Shown in pieces: positions 39,560-48,626 of a stretch of 64,000 nucleotides of DNA (its first letter is position 1; every line of letters begins with the position of its first letter). Both the position numbers and the translations under genes were made by a program. A model generated the notes under the pieces. That model had not been told where the DNA came from. It worked only from the letters and a program-made list of their open reading frames with translations, and did not search any database. The DNA is from Acidobacteriota bacterium (GTDB taxonomy: Bacteria; Acidobacteriota; Thermoanaerobaculia; UBA5066), in NCBI GenBank assembly GCA_029781975.1, contig JAKOVQ010000003.1, forward strand, positions 188,034 through 252,033, read 5' to 3'.

Positions 39560-42187
39560 ATGCCCGTCGTCCGGTTCACGCTGAACGGCCTCCCGGCCGA
39601 GGCCCGCTTCGAGGAGGGGATGCACTTCCTCGAGGTCCTCCGCGAGGAGTGCGGCGTCACGTCCGCCAAGGACGGCTGCGCCCCGCAGGGGTTCTGCGGC
39701 TGCTGCACGGTCCTCGTCGACGGGCGTCCCGCCCTGGCGTGCCTGGCGAAGCCCGAGAGGATGGAGGGGAAGAGCGTCGTCACGCTCGAGGGGGTCCCGG
39801 AGGCGGAGCGGCAGCTCCTGGCCCGCGCCTTCGTCGCCGAGGGGGCGATCCAGTGCGGCTTCTGCACGCCCGGGATCGTCGTCCGCGGGAGCGCCCTCCT
39901 GGCGGCCGGCACCGCGTCCGACGAGGAGTCGGTCCGCCACGCCCTCTCCGCCCACTTCTGCCGCTGCACGGGCTACAACCGGATCGTCGACGCCGTCACC
40001 GCCGCCGGGGCGGCCCGGGAGGGGAGGCGCGAGCTCCCCCCGCCGGAGGAGGGGCCGTCGCGCCCGGGGGAGTCGGCGCCGCACTACCGCGGCGAGGAGA
40101 TGGCCCTGGGCGCGAAGAAGTACGCGGCCGACCTGACGGCGCCCGGGATGCTCCACGCGGCGTTCGTCCTCTCGCCCCACCCGCGCGCCCTCCTCCGCGG
40201 GATCGACCCCTCCGCGGCCCTCGCCTCCGAGGGCGTCGTCCGGGTCCTGACGGCCGCCGACGTCCCGGGCGAGAGGTTCGTCGGCCTCATCGTCAGGGAC
40301 TGGCCCGTCCTCGTCGCGGTGGGGGAGGAGACGCGCTGCGTCGGGGACGTCGTCGCCGTGGTGGTGGCGGACACCCCGTTCCGCGCGCGGAAGGGGGCCG
40401 CGCTCGTGAAGGTCGACGCCGAGCCGCTCCCCCCGGTGACGAGCCCCGAGGAGGCGCTCGCCGAGGGGGCCCCGGCCCTCCACCCGAAGGGGAACCTCCT
40501 CGAGGTCTGCTCCTTCTCGCGGGGCGACGTCGACGCGGCGCTCGCCGCCTCCGCGCACGTCGTGCGGCGGACCTTCCGGACGCAGCGGATCGAGCACGCC
40601 TTCCTCGAGCCGGAGGCGTGCCTGGCGGTCCCCGCGGACGACGGGACCCTCCACCTCTACTCGCAGGGGCAGGGGGTCCACGACGACCAGCTCCAGGTGG
40701 CGGCCGTCCTCGGCGTGGCGCGCGAGAGGGTCCGCGTCGAGCTCGTCTCCGCCGGGGGCGCGTTCGGCGGGAAGGAGGACCTCTCGGTCCAGGCGCAGAC
40801 GGCCCTCGCCGCCTTCGTCCTGGGGCGGCCGGTGAGGACGGTCCTGACCCGGGACCAGTCGATCCTGCTCCATCCCAAGCGCCACCCGCTCACCCTCGAC
40901 TACACCGTCGGCTGCGACGCCGAGGGGCGGCTGACGGCGGTGAGGGCGCGAATCGTCGGCGACACGGGGGCCTACGCGTCGGTGGGGATGAAGGTCCTCG
41001 AGCGCGCCGCCGGCCACTCGTGCGGCCCGTACCGGGTCCCGAACGTCGACGTCGAGGCACGGACGGTCTACACGAACAACCCGCCGTCGGGCGCGATGCG
41101 CGGCTTCGGCGCCAACCAGGCGTCGTTCGCGATCGAGGGGATGCTGGACGTCCTCGCGGCCGAGGTGGGGCTCGACGGCTACGACATCCGCGAGCGGAAC
41201 GTCCTCGTCCCCGGCGACCGCTTCGCCACCGGCCAGCTGATGGACGAGAGCTGCGGCGTCCTGGCGACGCTCCGGGCGGTGCGCGAGGTCTACAAGGGGG
41301 CCCGCTACGCCGGGATCGCCTGCGGCATCAAGAACACCGGGATCGGGAACGGGATGCAGGACGTCGGCCGCGTCGTCCTGAAGGTCCTCCCCGGCGGGCG
41401 GCTCGAGGTGGTGACCGGCTACACGGAGATGGGGCAGGGGCTCTTCACGGTCCTCCGCCAGGTCGTCTCGGGCGAGACGGGGCTCCCCGTCGGCGCGATG
41501 AACGTGACGACGCGGAGCGACCTCGCCGTCCTCTCGGGGATGACGACCGCCTCGCGCGCGACGGTCCTCGCCTCGACGGCGGCGGCCTTCGCGGCGCGCG
41601 AGCTGGCCGCGGAGCTCCGGGCGGCGCCCCTCTCCGCGCTGGCGGGGCGCGAGTTCGCGGGCGAGTTCGTCTGCGACTTCACGACGAGGCCGGGCGAGGC
41701 GACGGAGAACCCGCGGACCCACATGACGTTCGGGTACGCGACGCAGGTCGTGGTCCTCGGCGACGACGGGCGGCTTGCGCGCGTCGTCGCCGCCCACGAC
41801 GTGGGACGCGCGATGAACCCGCAGCAGTGCGCGGGACAGATCGAAGGAGCGGTCCACATGGGGCTCGGCTACGCGCTCTCGGAGGAGCTGGTGGTGGAGG
41901 GGGGGCGTCCCGTCTCGACGCGGCTCCGCGACCTCGGGATCCTGAAGGCGGCCGACATGCCGCGCGTCGACGTGATCCTCGTCGAGGTGCCCGACCGCGT
42001 CGGCGCCCACGGGGCCAAGGGGGTCGGCGAGATCGGCCTCGTCCCGACGGCGGGGGCCGTCGCGGGGGCGCTCTTCGCGTTCGACGGGAAGCGGCGGACG
42101 GTCCTCCCGATGAGCGACGCGCCGGCGGCGCGCCCCTCGGTCCCGAGGTCGCGAACGGCCCGCGAGGGCGTGGAGGTGAGGGCGTGA
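39560..42187 (+). CDS. xdh: Xanthine dehydrogenase family molybdoenzyme, selenium-dependent type ([2Fe-2S] domains fused to Mo-binding domain; XdhD-like)
   Basis: CAPQGFCGCCTV, QCGFCTPG, CRCTGY; Mo domain motifs EHAFLEPE, GGAFGGKE, AMRGFG, EMGQG, TTASR and the catalytic GAKGVGE. Confidence 0.85.
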   Translation: MPVVRFTLNGLPAEARFEEGMHFLEVLREECGVTSAKDGCAPQGFCGCCTVLVDGRPALACLAKPERMEGKSVVTLEGVPEAERQLLARAFVAEGAIQCGFCTPGIVVRGSALLAAGTASDEESVRHALSAHFCRCTGYNRIVDAVTAAGAAREGRRELPPPEEGPSRPGESAPHYRGEEMALGAKKYAADLTAPGMLHAAFVLSPHPRALLRGIDPSAALASEGVVRVLTAADVPGERFVGLIVRDWPVLVAVGEETRCVGDVVAVVVADTPFRARKGAALVKVDAEPLPPVTSPEEALAEGAPALHPKGNLLEVCSFSRGDVDAALAASAHVVRRTFRTQRIEHAFLEPEACLAVPADDGTLHLYSQGQGVHDDQLQVAAVLGVARERVRVELVSAGGAFGGKEDLSVQAQTALAAFVLGRPVRTVLTRDQSILLHPKRHPLTLDYTVGCDAEGRLTAVRARIVGDTGAYASVGMKVLERAAGHSCGPYRVPNVDVEARTVYTNNPPSGAMRGFGANQASFAIEGMLDVLAAEVGLDGYDIRERNVLVPGDRFATGQLMDESCGVLATLRAVREVYKGARYAGIACGIKNTGIGNGMQDVGRVVLKVLPGGRLEVVTGYTEMGQGLFTVLRQVVSGETGLPVGAMNVTTRSDLAVLSGMTTASRATVLASTAAAFAARELAAELRAAPLSALAGREFAGEFVCDFTTRPGEATENPRTHMTFGYATQVVVLGDDGRLARVVAAHDVGRAMNPQQCAGQIEGAVHMGLGYALSEELVVEGGRPVSTRLRDLGILKAADMPRVDVILVEVPDRVGAHGAKGVGEIGLVPTAGAVAGALFAFDGKRRTVLPMSDAPAARPSVPRSRTAREGVEVRA

Positions 42188-45100
42188 GGGGACGCGCCCG
42201 GCTCCTCGCCGCCCCGCTCCTCGCGCTCGGCCTGGCCGGGGCGGCGCCGCTCGGCGCGGCGCCGGGAGCGGCTCTCCCTTCCGGCGGTAAGGTCCAGGTC
42301 CTCCTCGAGCTCGACGGGGAGCCGCTCGCCCGCGTCTGGGCGCGGACCCTGGAGGCCCGTGGCGTCGCCGGGAGGCCCGGCGCCTCGGCGCGGGCCGCCG
42401 CCGGCGCGGCGGTCGCCCGGCAGGCGAGCGTCCTCGAGGCGCGGCAGGCCGAGGTCCTCGCGCGGGCGACGGCGCCCGCGATCGGGGGCGAGGTGATCTA
42501 CGCCGTCGAGCGGGCGTACAACGGCATCGCCCTCCGCGTCGACGCGGAGAAGCTCGCCTCGCTCCGGGCGATCCCGGGAGTCAGGGCCGTCCGCCCCCTC
42601 GTCCTCCACGTCCCCGACAACGCCGTCAGCGTCCCCTTCATCGGCGTCCCCACCGGGGCCTGGCAGGCGTTCGGGGTGACGGGGAAGGGGATCCGGATCG
42701 GGATCATCGACACCGGCGTCGACTACCTCCACGGGGACTTCGGCGGGAGCGGCAGCGCGGCGGACTACCAGGCGAACGACCGGACGAAGGCGCCGGACGC
42801 GTACTTCCCGACGGCGCGCGTCGTCGGCGGCTGGGACTTCGCGGGGGACGACTACGACGGGAACGGGGCGCCCAAGCCCGACCCCGACCCGATGGACTGC
42901 AACGGGCACGGGACGCACGTCGCGGGGATCGCGGCCGGCCAGGGCGTCACCTCCGGCGGGGCCGCCTTCCGCGGACCGTGGGACGCGAGCGTCCCCTTCG
43001 CCGACCTCGCGATCGGCCCGGGCGCGGCGCCCGAGGCGAGCCTCTACGCCCTCCGGGTCTTCGGCTGCGGCGGCTCGACCGCCCTGACGATCCAGGCGAT
43101 CGACTGGGCGATCGACCCGAACGGCGACAAGGACTTCTCCGACCACCTCGACGTGGTCAACATGTCGCTCGGCTCGCCGGGGGGCGCGACGGACGACGCC
43201 ACCTCCGAGGCGGCCGACGCGGCGGGAGCGGCCGGGGTGATCGTCGTCGCCTCCGCGGGGAACGAGGGCGACACCGCCTTCGTCTCCGGGAGCCCGGGGG
43301 CGTCGGCGCGAGCCATCAGCGTCGCGGCCTCCACGGCGCGCGGCGCGGCGGTGAGGGTGACGGCCCCTCAGGGGGCGGCGGGTCTCTACCCCGCGGGAGA
43401 CGCGCTCTTCGGGCCGAGGATCCCGGCCGACGGGCTCGCCGGGCCGGTCGTGGCGACCGTCCCCGCCGATGCCTGCTCCGCCGTCACGAACGGAGCGGCG
43501 CTCGCGGGGAAGCTGGCGCTCGTCGACCGCGGGACCTGCTCGTTCGTCCAGAAGGTGAAGGCCGCGCAGGACGCCGGGGCCACGGGCGTCGTCGTCGTCA
43601 ACAACACGACGGCCGCCCCCGAGATCATCACGATGGCGGGGTCCGACCCGAGCGTCACGATCCCGTCGGCCTTCGTCCGCCAGGGGGACGGAGCGACGAT
43701 GAAGGCGGCGCTGGGGAACGGGCTGTCGGCCGCGCTCCTGACGGCGGGCGACACCCTGGCGAGCTTCTCCTCGCGCGGGCCGGTCCGCGGGCCGGGAGGG
43801 CCGTACCCCAAGCCCGACGTCACGGCGCCGGGCCAGTCGATCGTCTCGGCCCTCTCGGGGATCACCGCGGGGAGCGCCGGCATCCAGGTGAACGCGGGGA
43901 GCCAGTCGACGACCCTGTCGGGGACGTCGATGTCCTCGCCCCTCGTCGCGGGCGTCATGGCCCTCCTCCGGCAGCGCCACCCCGGCTGGAGCGTGGCGGA
44001 GCTGAAGGCCCTCGTCATGAGCACCGCCAGCCACGACACGAGCCCTCTCCCGCCCGGGGGCTCGCCGCCCGTCTACGGCCCCTCGCGCGTCGGCGCCGGG
44101 CGCGTCGACGCGGCCGAGGCGGCGTCCGGCGAGGTGATCGCCTTCTCCGAGGCGGACCCCGTCCGCGTCGGCCTCCTCTTCCAGGTGGAGCCGAGCGAGC
44201 CGCTGGCGGTCTCGAAGGCGATCACGGTCGTCAACAAGGGGTCGTCCGCGGTCACGCTCGACCCGTCGTTCGTCCAGGCCGCGCCGCTTCCGGGCGTGAC
44301 CCTGGAGCTCCTCCCCGCCGACCGGTTCACTCTCGGGCCGGGGGAGCGGAGGTCGCTGGAGGTGAAGCTCTCCGTCCCCGATCCGAGGGCCGTCCCCCAC
44401 CCCCTCGACCCGACGATGAGCGCGACGCAGTCGAGCGCCGTCGCCCCGAGCTCGCGTTCCTGGGCCTCGGAGGCCTCCGGGTGGGCCGTCCTGACCGGCG
44501 CCCCTTCGGGGACCCTCCGGGTCCCGGTCCACGCATACGTCCGCGGCGCCTCCTCCATGCGGGCGGCGCCGAGCCTCGGCATCGTCGGCGACGGAGCCGG
44601 GACCTTCTCGCTCCCGCTCTCGGGCTCGGACCTCGCGGTGGAAGCCGCGCCGCCCGCGGCGGTGACGTCGACCGCGTCGGCCTTCGAGCTCGCGCCGACC
44701 ACCCCCACCGACGGCACCGGCCCGACCGCGATCCGTTACGTCGGCGTCGCGAGCGACGTCCCCGCGAAGGGGGTCGCCGACGGCCGCGTCTTCTTCGCGG
44801 TCGCGACGAAGGCGCCCTGGACGACCCCGGGAGAGGTCGAGGTGAAGGTCGAGGTCGACCGGGACGGCGACGGAAAGGTGGACGCGGTCGTCCGCTCGAT
44901 GGACACCGGGTCGCTCACGAACCTCGTCGAGCCCGGGTCTGACGCCTCTCCGACCGACGTCTTCGTCGCCTTCACGGCGCACGACTCCCCGGCGTTCGTC
45001 CAGGGGACGTCGCGCTACCTGAACCTCGACCCGCTCGTGCGCGACACGGCGCTCGACTTCAGCGACGTCGTCGTTCTGCCGGCCCCCGCCGGTGGGACCG

Positions 45101-47088
45101 GCCTCGACCTGACGGCCGGCACGACGCGCTTCCGCTACCGCGTCAGGACGACGTCCGTCGACACCGGGACCGGCGACGCCACCGGGTGGCTGACCTACGA
45201 CCCGGGAAGGCCCGGCCTCGCGGTCGACGGGACGCTCGACGGGCCGTTCGTCGACGACCGGAACGGGGCGACGGTGACGGGGCGGTACGACATCCCCGCC
45301 CTGACCGCGAACGGCAGCGCCGGGCTCCTCGTCCTCCACCACCACAACCGGACGGGAGAGCGCGCCCAGGTGGTCCGCCTCCGGAACTCGGCTCCCGCGG
45401 TCGTCATCGACCAGCCGGGGGAAGGGGCCGTCCTCGACCCGGGCGCCGCCGTGGCCTTCGCCGGGACGGCCACCGACCCGGACGCCGGGGACACGGTGAC
45501 CTACTCGTGGAGCTTCGGCGACGGCGGGTCCGCCTCCGGCGCCGCCGCGACGCACGCGTACCACGCCCCGGGGACCTACCCCGTCACGCTGACGGCGAGC
45601 GACCTGACGGGGGCCGTCGCGACCGCCTCCGTTACGGTGACGGTCCGCTCCGTCGACGGGCTCGGACCGCAGCTCCTCCTCCCGGTGGTCCTCGACGTCC
45701 ACGGCGGGGGAGGGAGCCACTACACCACCGAGGCGACGCTCTCGTCCCGGGCGGCCGCACCGGTCCCCGTCTTCCTCGTCTACACCGCCTCGCGCGGCAC
45801 CGGGTCGGGGATCGTCCGGGTCGAGCTCGCGCCGGGCGAGACGCGGATCTTCCGCGATGTGATCGCCTTCCTCAGGGAGCAGGGGCTGCCGGTCGTCGAC
45901 GAGGGGGCGGGGATCGTCGGGACCCTTCGCGCGGTCTTCTCCGGGGCCCCGGCCGGCGAGGTCTTCGTCGGAGGCCGGACGTCGACCCCGGGCGGCGGAG
46001 GGACCTTCGGCCTCTTCTACGCCGCGGCCGACGCCACGACGACGACGGCGGTCGTCCCCGGCCTCCAGCAGAACGCGTCGACCCGCTCGAACCTCGCCCT
46101 CGTCAACCTCGGGCCCGACCCGGTCACGCTCCGCGTGGCGCTGGCGGGACCGCTCGGCGAGGAGCTGGGGAGCCTGCCGGACGTCGTCCTCCCCGGCTGG
46201 GGCTGGCAGCAGCTCGACCGGCCGCTCGAGGGGAAGGCCGCGTCCGGGCGCGCGACCGTCACGCGCGTGGCGGGGGGCTCGCCCTTCTCCGCCTACGGCG
46301 TCCTGAACGACGCCGTGACCTCCGACGGCTCCTACCTCCCGCCGGTCCTCCCCGGAGGCACCGGTCCGGCGGACCGGACCATCCCGGTGGTCCTCGACGT
46401 GAGCGGGCTCGGAGGGAGCCACTACACGACCGAGGTGACGCTCGCGAACCTCTCGGCCGCTCCCCTCGACCTGACGCTCGCCTACACGGCGGCCCGGGAC
46501 TTCGGGACCGGCTCGGGGGAGGTGCCGCTGACGCTCGCCGCCGGCGAGCAGCGGGTGATCCCCGCCGTCATCGACTTCCTGAGGGGCCATGGGCTCCAGA
46601 TCCCGGCCGGCGGCGTGAACGTCGCGGGCTCGCTCGCCGTGAAGGCGCCCGCCGGGACGCCGGCGAGCTCCCTTGCGGTGGGCGCGCGGACGTTCACCCC
46701 CGCGGCCTCCGGCGGAGGGACCTTCGGCGTCTACTACCCCGGCCTGACGGCCGAAGAGGCCGCCTCGTCGGCCGCCTGGGTCGAGGGGCTCCAGCAGGAC
46801 GCGGCGACGCGGTCGAACCTGGCGGCCGTTAACCTCGGCGACGGCGGCGACCCGGTGACGCTCCGGTTCCGGTTCTACGACGCCTCGGGGGCGGAGCTTT
46901 CCCCCGTCGAGGAGAAGACCCTGGCGCCGGGCGAATGGCTCCAGCTGAGCCAGCCGCTCGGCTCGCGCGGCGCGACTTCGGGGCGCGTCCACGTCGAGAG
47001 GCTCTCGGGCACCTCGCGCTTCCTCGCCTACGGCGTCCTCAACGACGCCGCGACCTCCGACGGGAGCTACCTCCCGATGACGCGGTGA
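42184..47088 (+). CDS. Large secreted S8 subtilase: I9 prodomain, PA domain, PKD domain and two tandem C-terminal domains
   Basis: GTG overlaps the xdh stop; signal peptide; triad IIDTG / GHGTHVAG / GTSMSSP; PA domain (LVDRGTCSF); PKD (WSFGDG...HAY..PGTY). Confidence 0.9.
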   Translation: MRGRARLLAAPLLALGLAGAAPLGAAPGAALPSGGKVQVLLELDGEPLARVWARTLEARGVAGRPGASARAAAGAAVARQASVLEARQAEVLARATAPAIGGEVIYAVERAYNGIALRVDAEKLASLRAIPGVRAVRPLVLHVPDNAVSVPFIGVPTGAWQAFGVTGKGIRIGIIDTGVDYLHGDFGGSGSAADYQANDRTKAPDAYFPTARVVGGWDFAGDDYDGNGAPKPDPDPMDCNGHGTHVAGIAAGQGVTSGGAAFRGPWDASVPFADLAIGPGAAPEASLYALRVFGCGGSTALTIQAIDWAIDPNGDKDFSDHLDVVNMSLGSPGGATDDATSEAADAAGAAGVIVVASAGNEGDTAFVSGSPGASARAISVAASTARGAAVRVTAPQGAAGLYPAGDALFGPRIPADGLAGPVVATVPADACSAVTNGAALAGKLALVDRGTCSFVQKVKAAQDAGATGVVVVNNTTAAPEIITMAGSDPSVTIPSAFVRQGDGATMKAALGNGLSAALLTAGDTLASFSSRGPVRGPGGPYPKPDVTAPGQSIVSALSGITAGSAGIQVNAGSQSTTLSGTSMSSPLVAGVMALLRQRHPGWSVAELKALVMSTASHDTSPLPPGGSPPVYGPSRVGAGRVDAAEAASGEVIAFSEADPVRVGLLFQVEPSEPLAVSKAITVVNKGSSAVTLDPSFVQAAPLPGVTLELLPADRFTLGPGERRSLEVKLSVPDPRAVPHPLDPTMSATQSSAVAPSSRSWASEASGWAVLTGAPSGTLRVPVHAYVRGASSMRAAPSLGIVGDGAGTFSLPLSGSDLAVEAAPPAAVTSTASAFELAPTTPTDGTGPTAIRYVGVASDVPAKGVADGRVFFAVATKAPWTTPGEVEVKVEVDRDGDGKVDAVVRSMDTGSLTNLVEPGSDASPTDVFVAFTAHDSPAFVQGTSRYLNLDPLVRDTALDFSDVVVLPAPAGGTGLDLTAGTTRFRYRVRTTSVDTGTGDATGWLTYDPGRPGLAVDGTLDGPFVDDRNGATVTGRYDIPALTANGSAGLLVLHHHNRTGERAQVVRLRNSAPAVVIDQPGEGAVLDPGAAVAFAGTATDPDAGDTVTYSWSFGDGGSASGAAATHAYHAPGTYPVTLTASDLTGAVATASVTVTVRSVDGLGPQLLLPVVLDVHGGGGSHYTTEATLSSRAAAPVPVFLVYTASRGTGSGIVRVELAPGETRIFRDVIAFLREQGLPVVDEGAGIVGTLRAVFSGAPAGEVFVGGRTSTPGGGGTFGLFYAAADATTTTAVVPGLQQNASTRSNLALVNLGPDPVTLRVALAGPLGEELGSLPDVVLPGWGWQQLDRPLEGKAASGRATVTRVAGGSPFSAYGVLNDAVTSDGSYLPPVLPGGTGPADRTIPVVLDVSGLGGSHYTTEVTLANLSAAPLDLTLAYTAARDFGTGSGEVPLTLAAGEQRVIPAVIDFLRGHGLQIPAGGVNVAGSLAVKAPAGTPASSLAVGARTFTPAASGGGTFGVYYPGLTAEEAASSAAWVEGLQQDAATRSNLAAVNLGDGGDPVTLRFRFYDASGAELSPVEEKTLAPGEWLQLSQPLGSRGATSGRVHVERLSGTSRFLAYGVLNDAATSDGSYLPMTR
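45673..47085 (+). repeat. Tandem duplication of a ~230-aa domain at the S8 C-terminus
   Basis: Copy 1 ~45673-46345 and copy 2 ~46378-47085. Both begin PVVLDVxGxGGSHYTTE and end AYGVLNDAxTSDGSYLP, and share GGTFG and GLQQxAxTRSNLAxVNLG. Confidence 0.85.
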
Positions 47089-47094
47089 GAGCGG

Positions 47095-47118
47095 CCGGCC
47101 CCGCCGAGGCGGGGCCGG
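47095..47118. terminator. GC-rich hairpin between convergent genes
   Basis: CCGGCCCCGC-CGAG-GCGGGGCCGG, a perfect 10-bp stem with no clear U-tract. Confidence 0.45.
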
Positions 47119-47128
47119 CGCGCGGACC

Positions 47129-48313
47129 TCAGAAGCTGCCGGTCACCGTGTCCGCGACGTTCAGCTCGTTGACGAACGGGCGGTGGCCGGGTCGCTCGTG
47201 CTGGAGGATCCACATCGAGGCGAGGTCCGGCGAGTAGATGTCGTCGTTGCCGACGCCGAAGTCGTCGGAGATCTGGACCGTCAGGTCTCCCTCGAACGTC
47301 CGCGCGTTCTCCGGGACCCGGAAGTTCGTCAGGTAGAGCCGGACGCCGTGGACGCCGCCGATCATGGCGCGGAACGCGCGGGGGACCGACGTGTCGTGCG
47401 TGAAGGTCGAGAAGGGGATGTCGGTGGTCAGCCAGAGGAGGCGCCAGTCGATCACGCCCGACGGGACCATCGCCTGGACCTGCCGGACGATCTCCGCCCG
47501 GAACGAGGCGACCGCGGTCCGGTAGGTGGCGGTCGCCTTCGCCATCTCGCAGAGGACGGAGCCTGGGGTGTGGACGAACGGCGTCCCGCTCCCGAGCATG
47601 AACCGCGTGATCATGCTCTGGCCGAGCGGACCCGTCCCGTAGAGCTCCTCGAACGCCGTCCGCCAGATCGCCTCCAGCCGCGTGTCGGGCTGGACCCGGA
47701 GGGCCTCGAACGCGAGCTGCGGGAACGCCCCGCGCGTCTGCGGGTTCGCCGGGTGGTCGTTGAACTGCATGTCCTCCTCGCCCGGGTCGCCCACCACGTA
47801 CCGGCTGCTCTGGCCGATCAGGAAGGGGACGGAGGACGGGGGGACGATCTTCAGCCCGTCGGGCCGGGTCGGCTTCGGAGGCGGGGGGTCGTCCGGGATC
47901 TCGTGCGGGATGTGCGGCCGCGGCGGCCGCGGCGTCGGCGGCCCCGGCGGCCGGGGCGCCGGCGGGAGCGGTGAGGGGTTCGGGTGGGGAGGCGGCCACG
48001 GGACGTCGGGGGGCGCCGGCCTGCCGGCGAAGAAGGCGTCCATCCGACCCAGCGTCTTCGTCCCCGCGATCCCGTCGGGCTTCAGCCCCTCCTTCGTCTG
48101 GTACTGCCTGACGGCGCGCGCCGTCTCGTCGCCGTAGATCCCGTCGGGGAAGCCGTACTTCATCGAGACCGGGAGCTCGTATCCGAGGTCGGCCAGCGCC
48201 TGCTGGAGGATCGCGACCCCCTTGCTCGTCTCGTAGACCGCCATCGGGGGCCGGTTCTCGGAGGCGGACTGGAGGCGGGCGTTCCCGGCGAACCGAGCGG
48301 AGCGTAGTGCCAC
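47129..48313 (-). CDS. Peptidoglycan-binding domain + Pro-rich linker + DUF3289 (YPO3983)-like domain protein
   Basis: GGAGG RBS. PG_binding_1 (VAILQQALADLGY...DGIYGDETARAVRQYQ...GLKPDGIAGTKTL). C-terminal motifs MIT..GTPF, IDW, DDFGVGNDDI, WILQ, RPF match my recollection of the DUF3289 consensus. Confidence 0.7.
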   Translation of the reverse strand: MALRSARFAGNARLQSASENRPPMAVYETSKGVAILQQALADLGYELPVSMKYGFPDGIYGDETARAVRQYQTKEGLKPDGIAGTKTLGRMDAFFAGRPAPPDVPWPPPHPNPSPLPPAPRPPGPPTPRPPRPHIPHEIPDDPPPPKPTRPDGLKIVPPSSVPFLIGQSSRYVVGDPGEEDMQFNDHPANPQTRGAFPQLAFEALRVQPDTRLEAIWRTAFEELYGTGPLGQSMITRFMLGSGTPFVHTPGSVLCEMAKATATYRTAVASFRAEIVRQVQAMVPSGVIDWRLLWLTTDIPFSTFTHDTSVPRAFRAMIGGVHGVRLYLTNFRVPENARTFEGDLTVQISDDFGVGNDDIYSPDLASMWILQHERPGHRPFVNELNVADTVTGSF

Positions 48314-48626
48314 GGCGACCTCCCGCGCGTCCTGCGCGCTTCGGCGAATCGCCTCGACGACGGGTCCGCGTACGTAGCGGGCCGGCGACGTCGCATGGGA
48401 GGAGAGCCGTCCGGGCGAGGCGTCTGGTTTCCCGGAGATTCCGTCTCGGCGGGACCGGGAGTCAAGCGCGGAAGGGCGCCGGAGGACGTTCGCGTGCGCC
48501 GCGTCACCGGACCGGAGAGGTCGGGGACCGCGTCCGGAGGAGGAAGGACGAGGGCGCGTCGCATCAGATCGCGTGACGAATTCGCATCATGGACGCCTCG
48601 AATCGGCCCGGCGTACCGTTCCTGCG

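Noticed and set aside
39649-42183. Apparent 2479-aa ORF 39649..47088
   Set aside because: Only the part from GTG 42184 (the S8 protease) is real. The upstream part is an off-frame reading of xdh.
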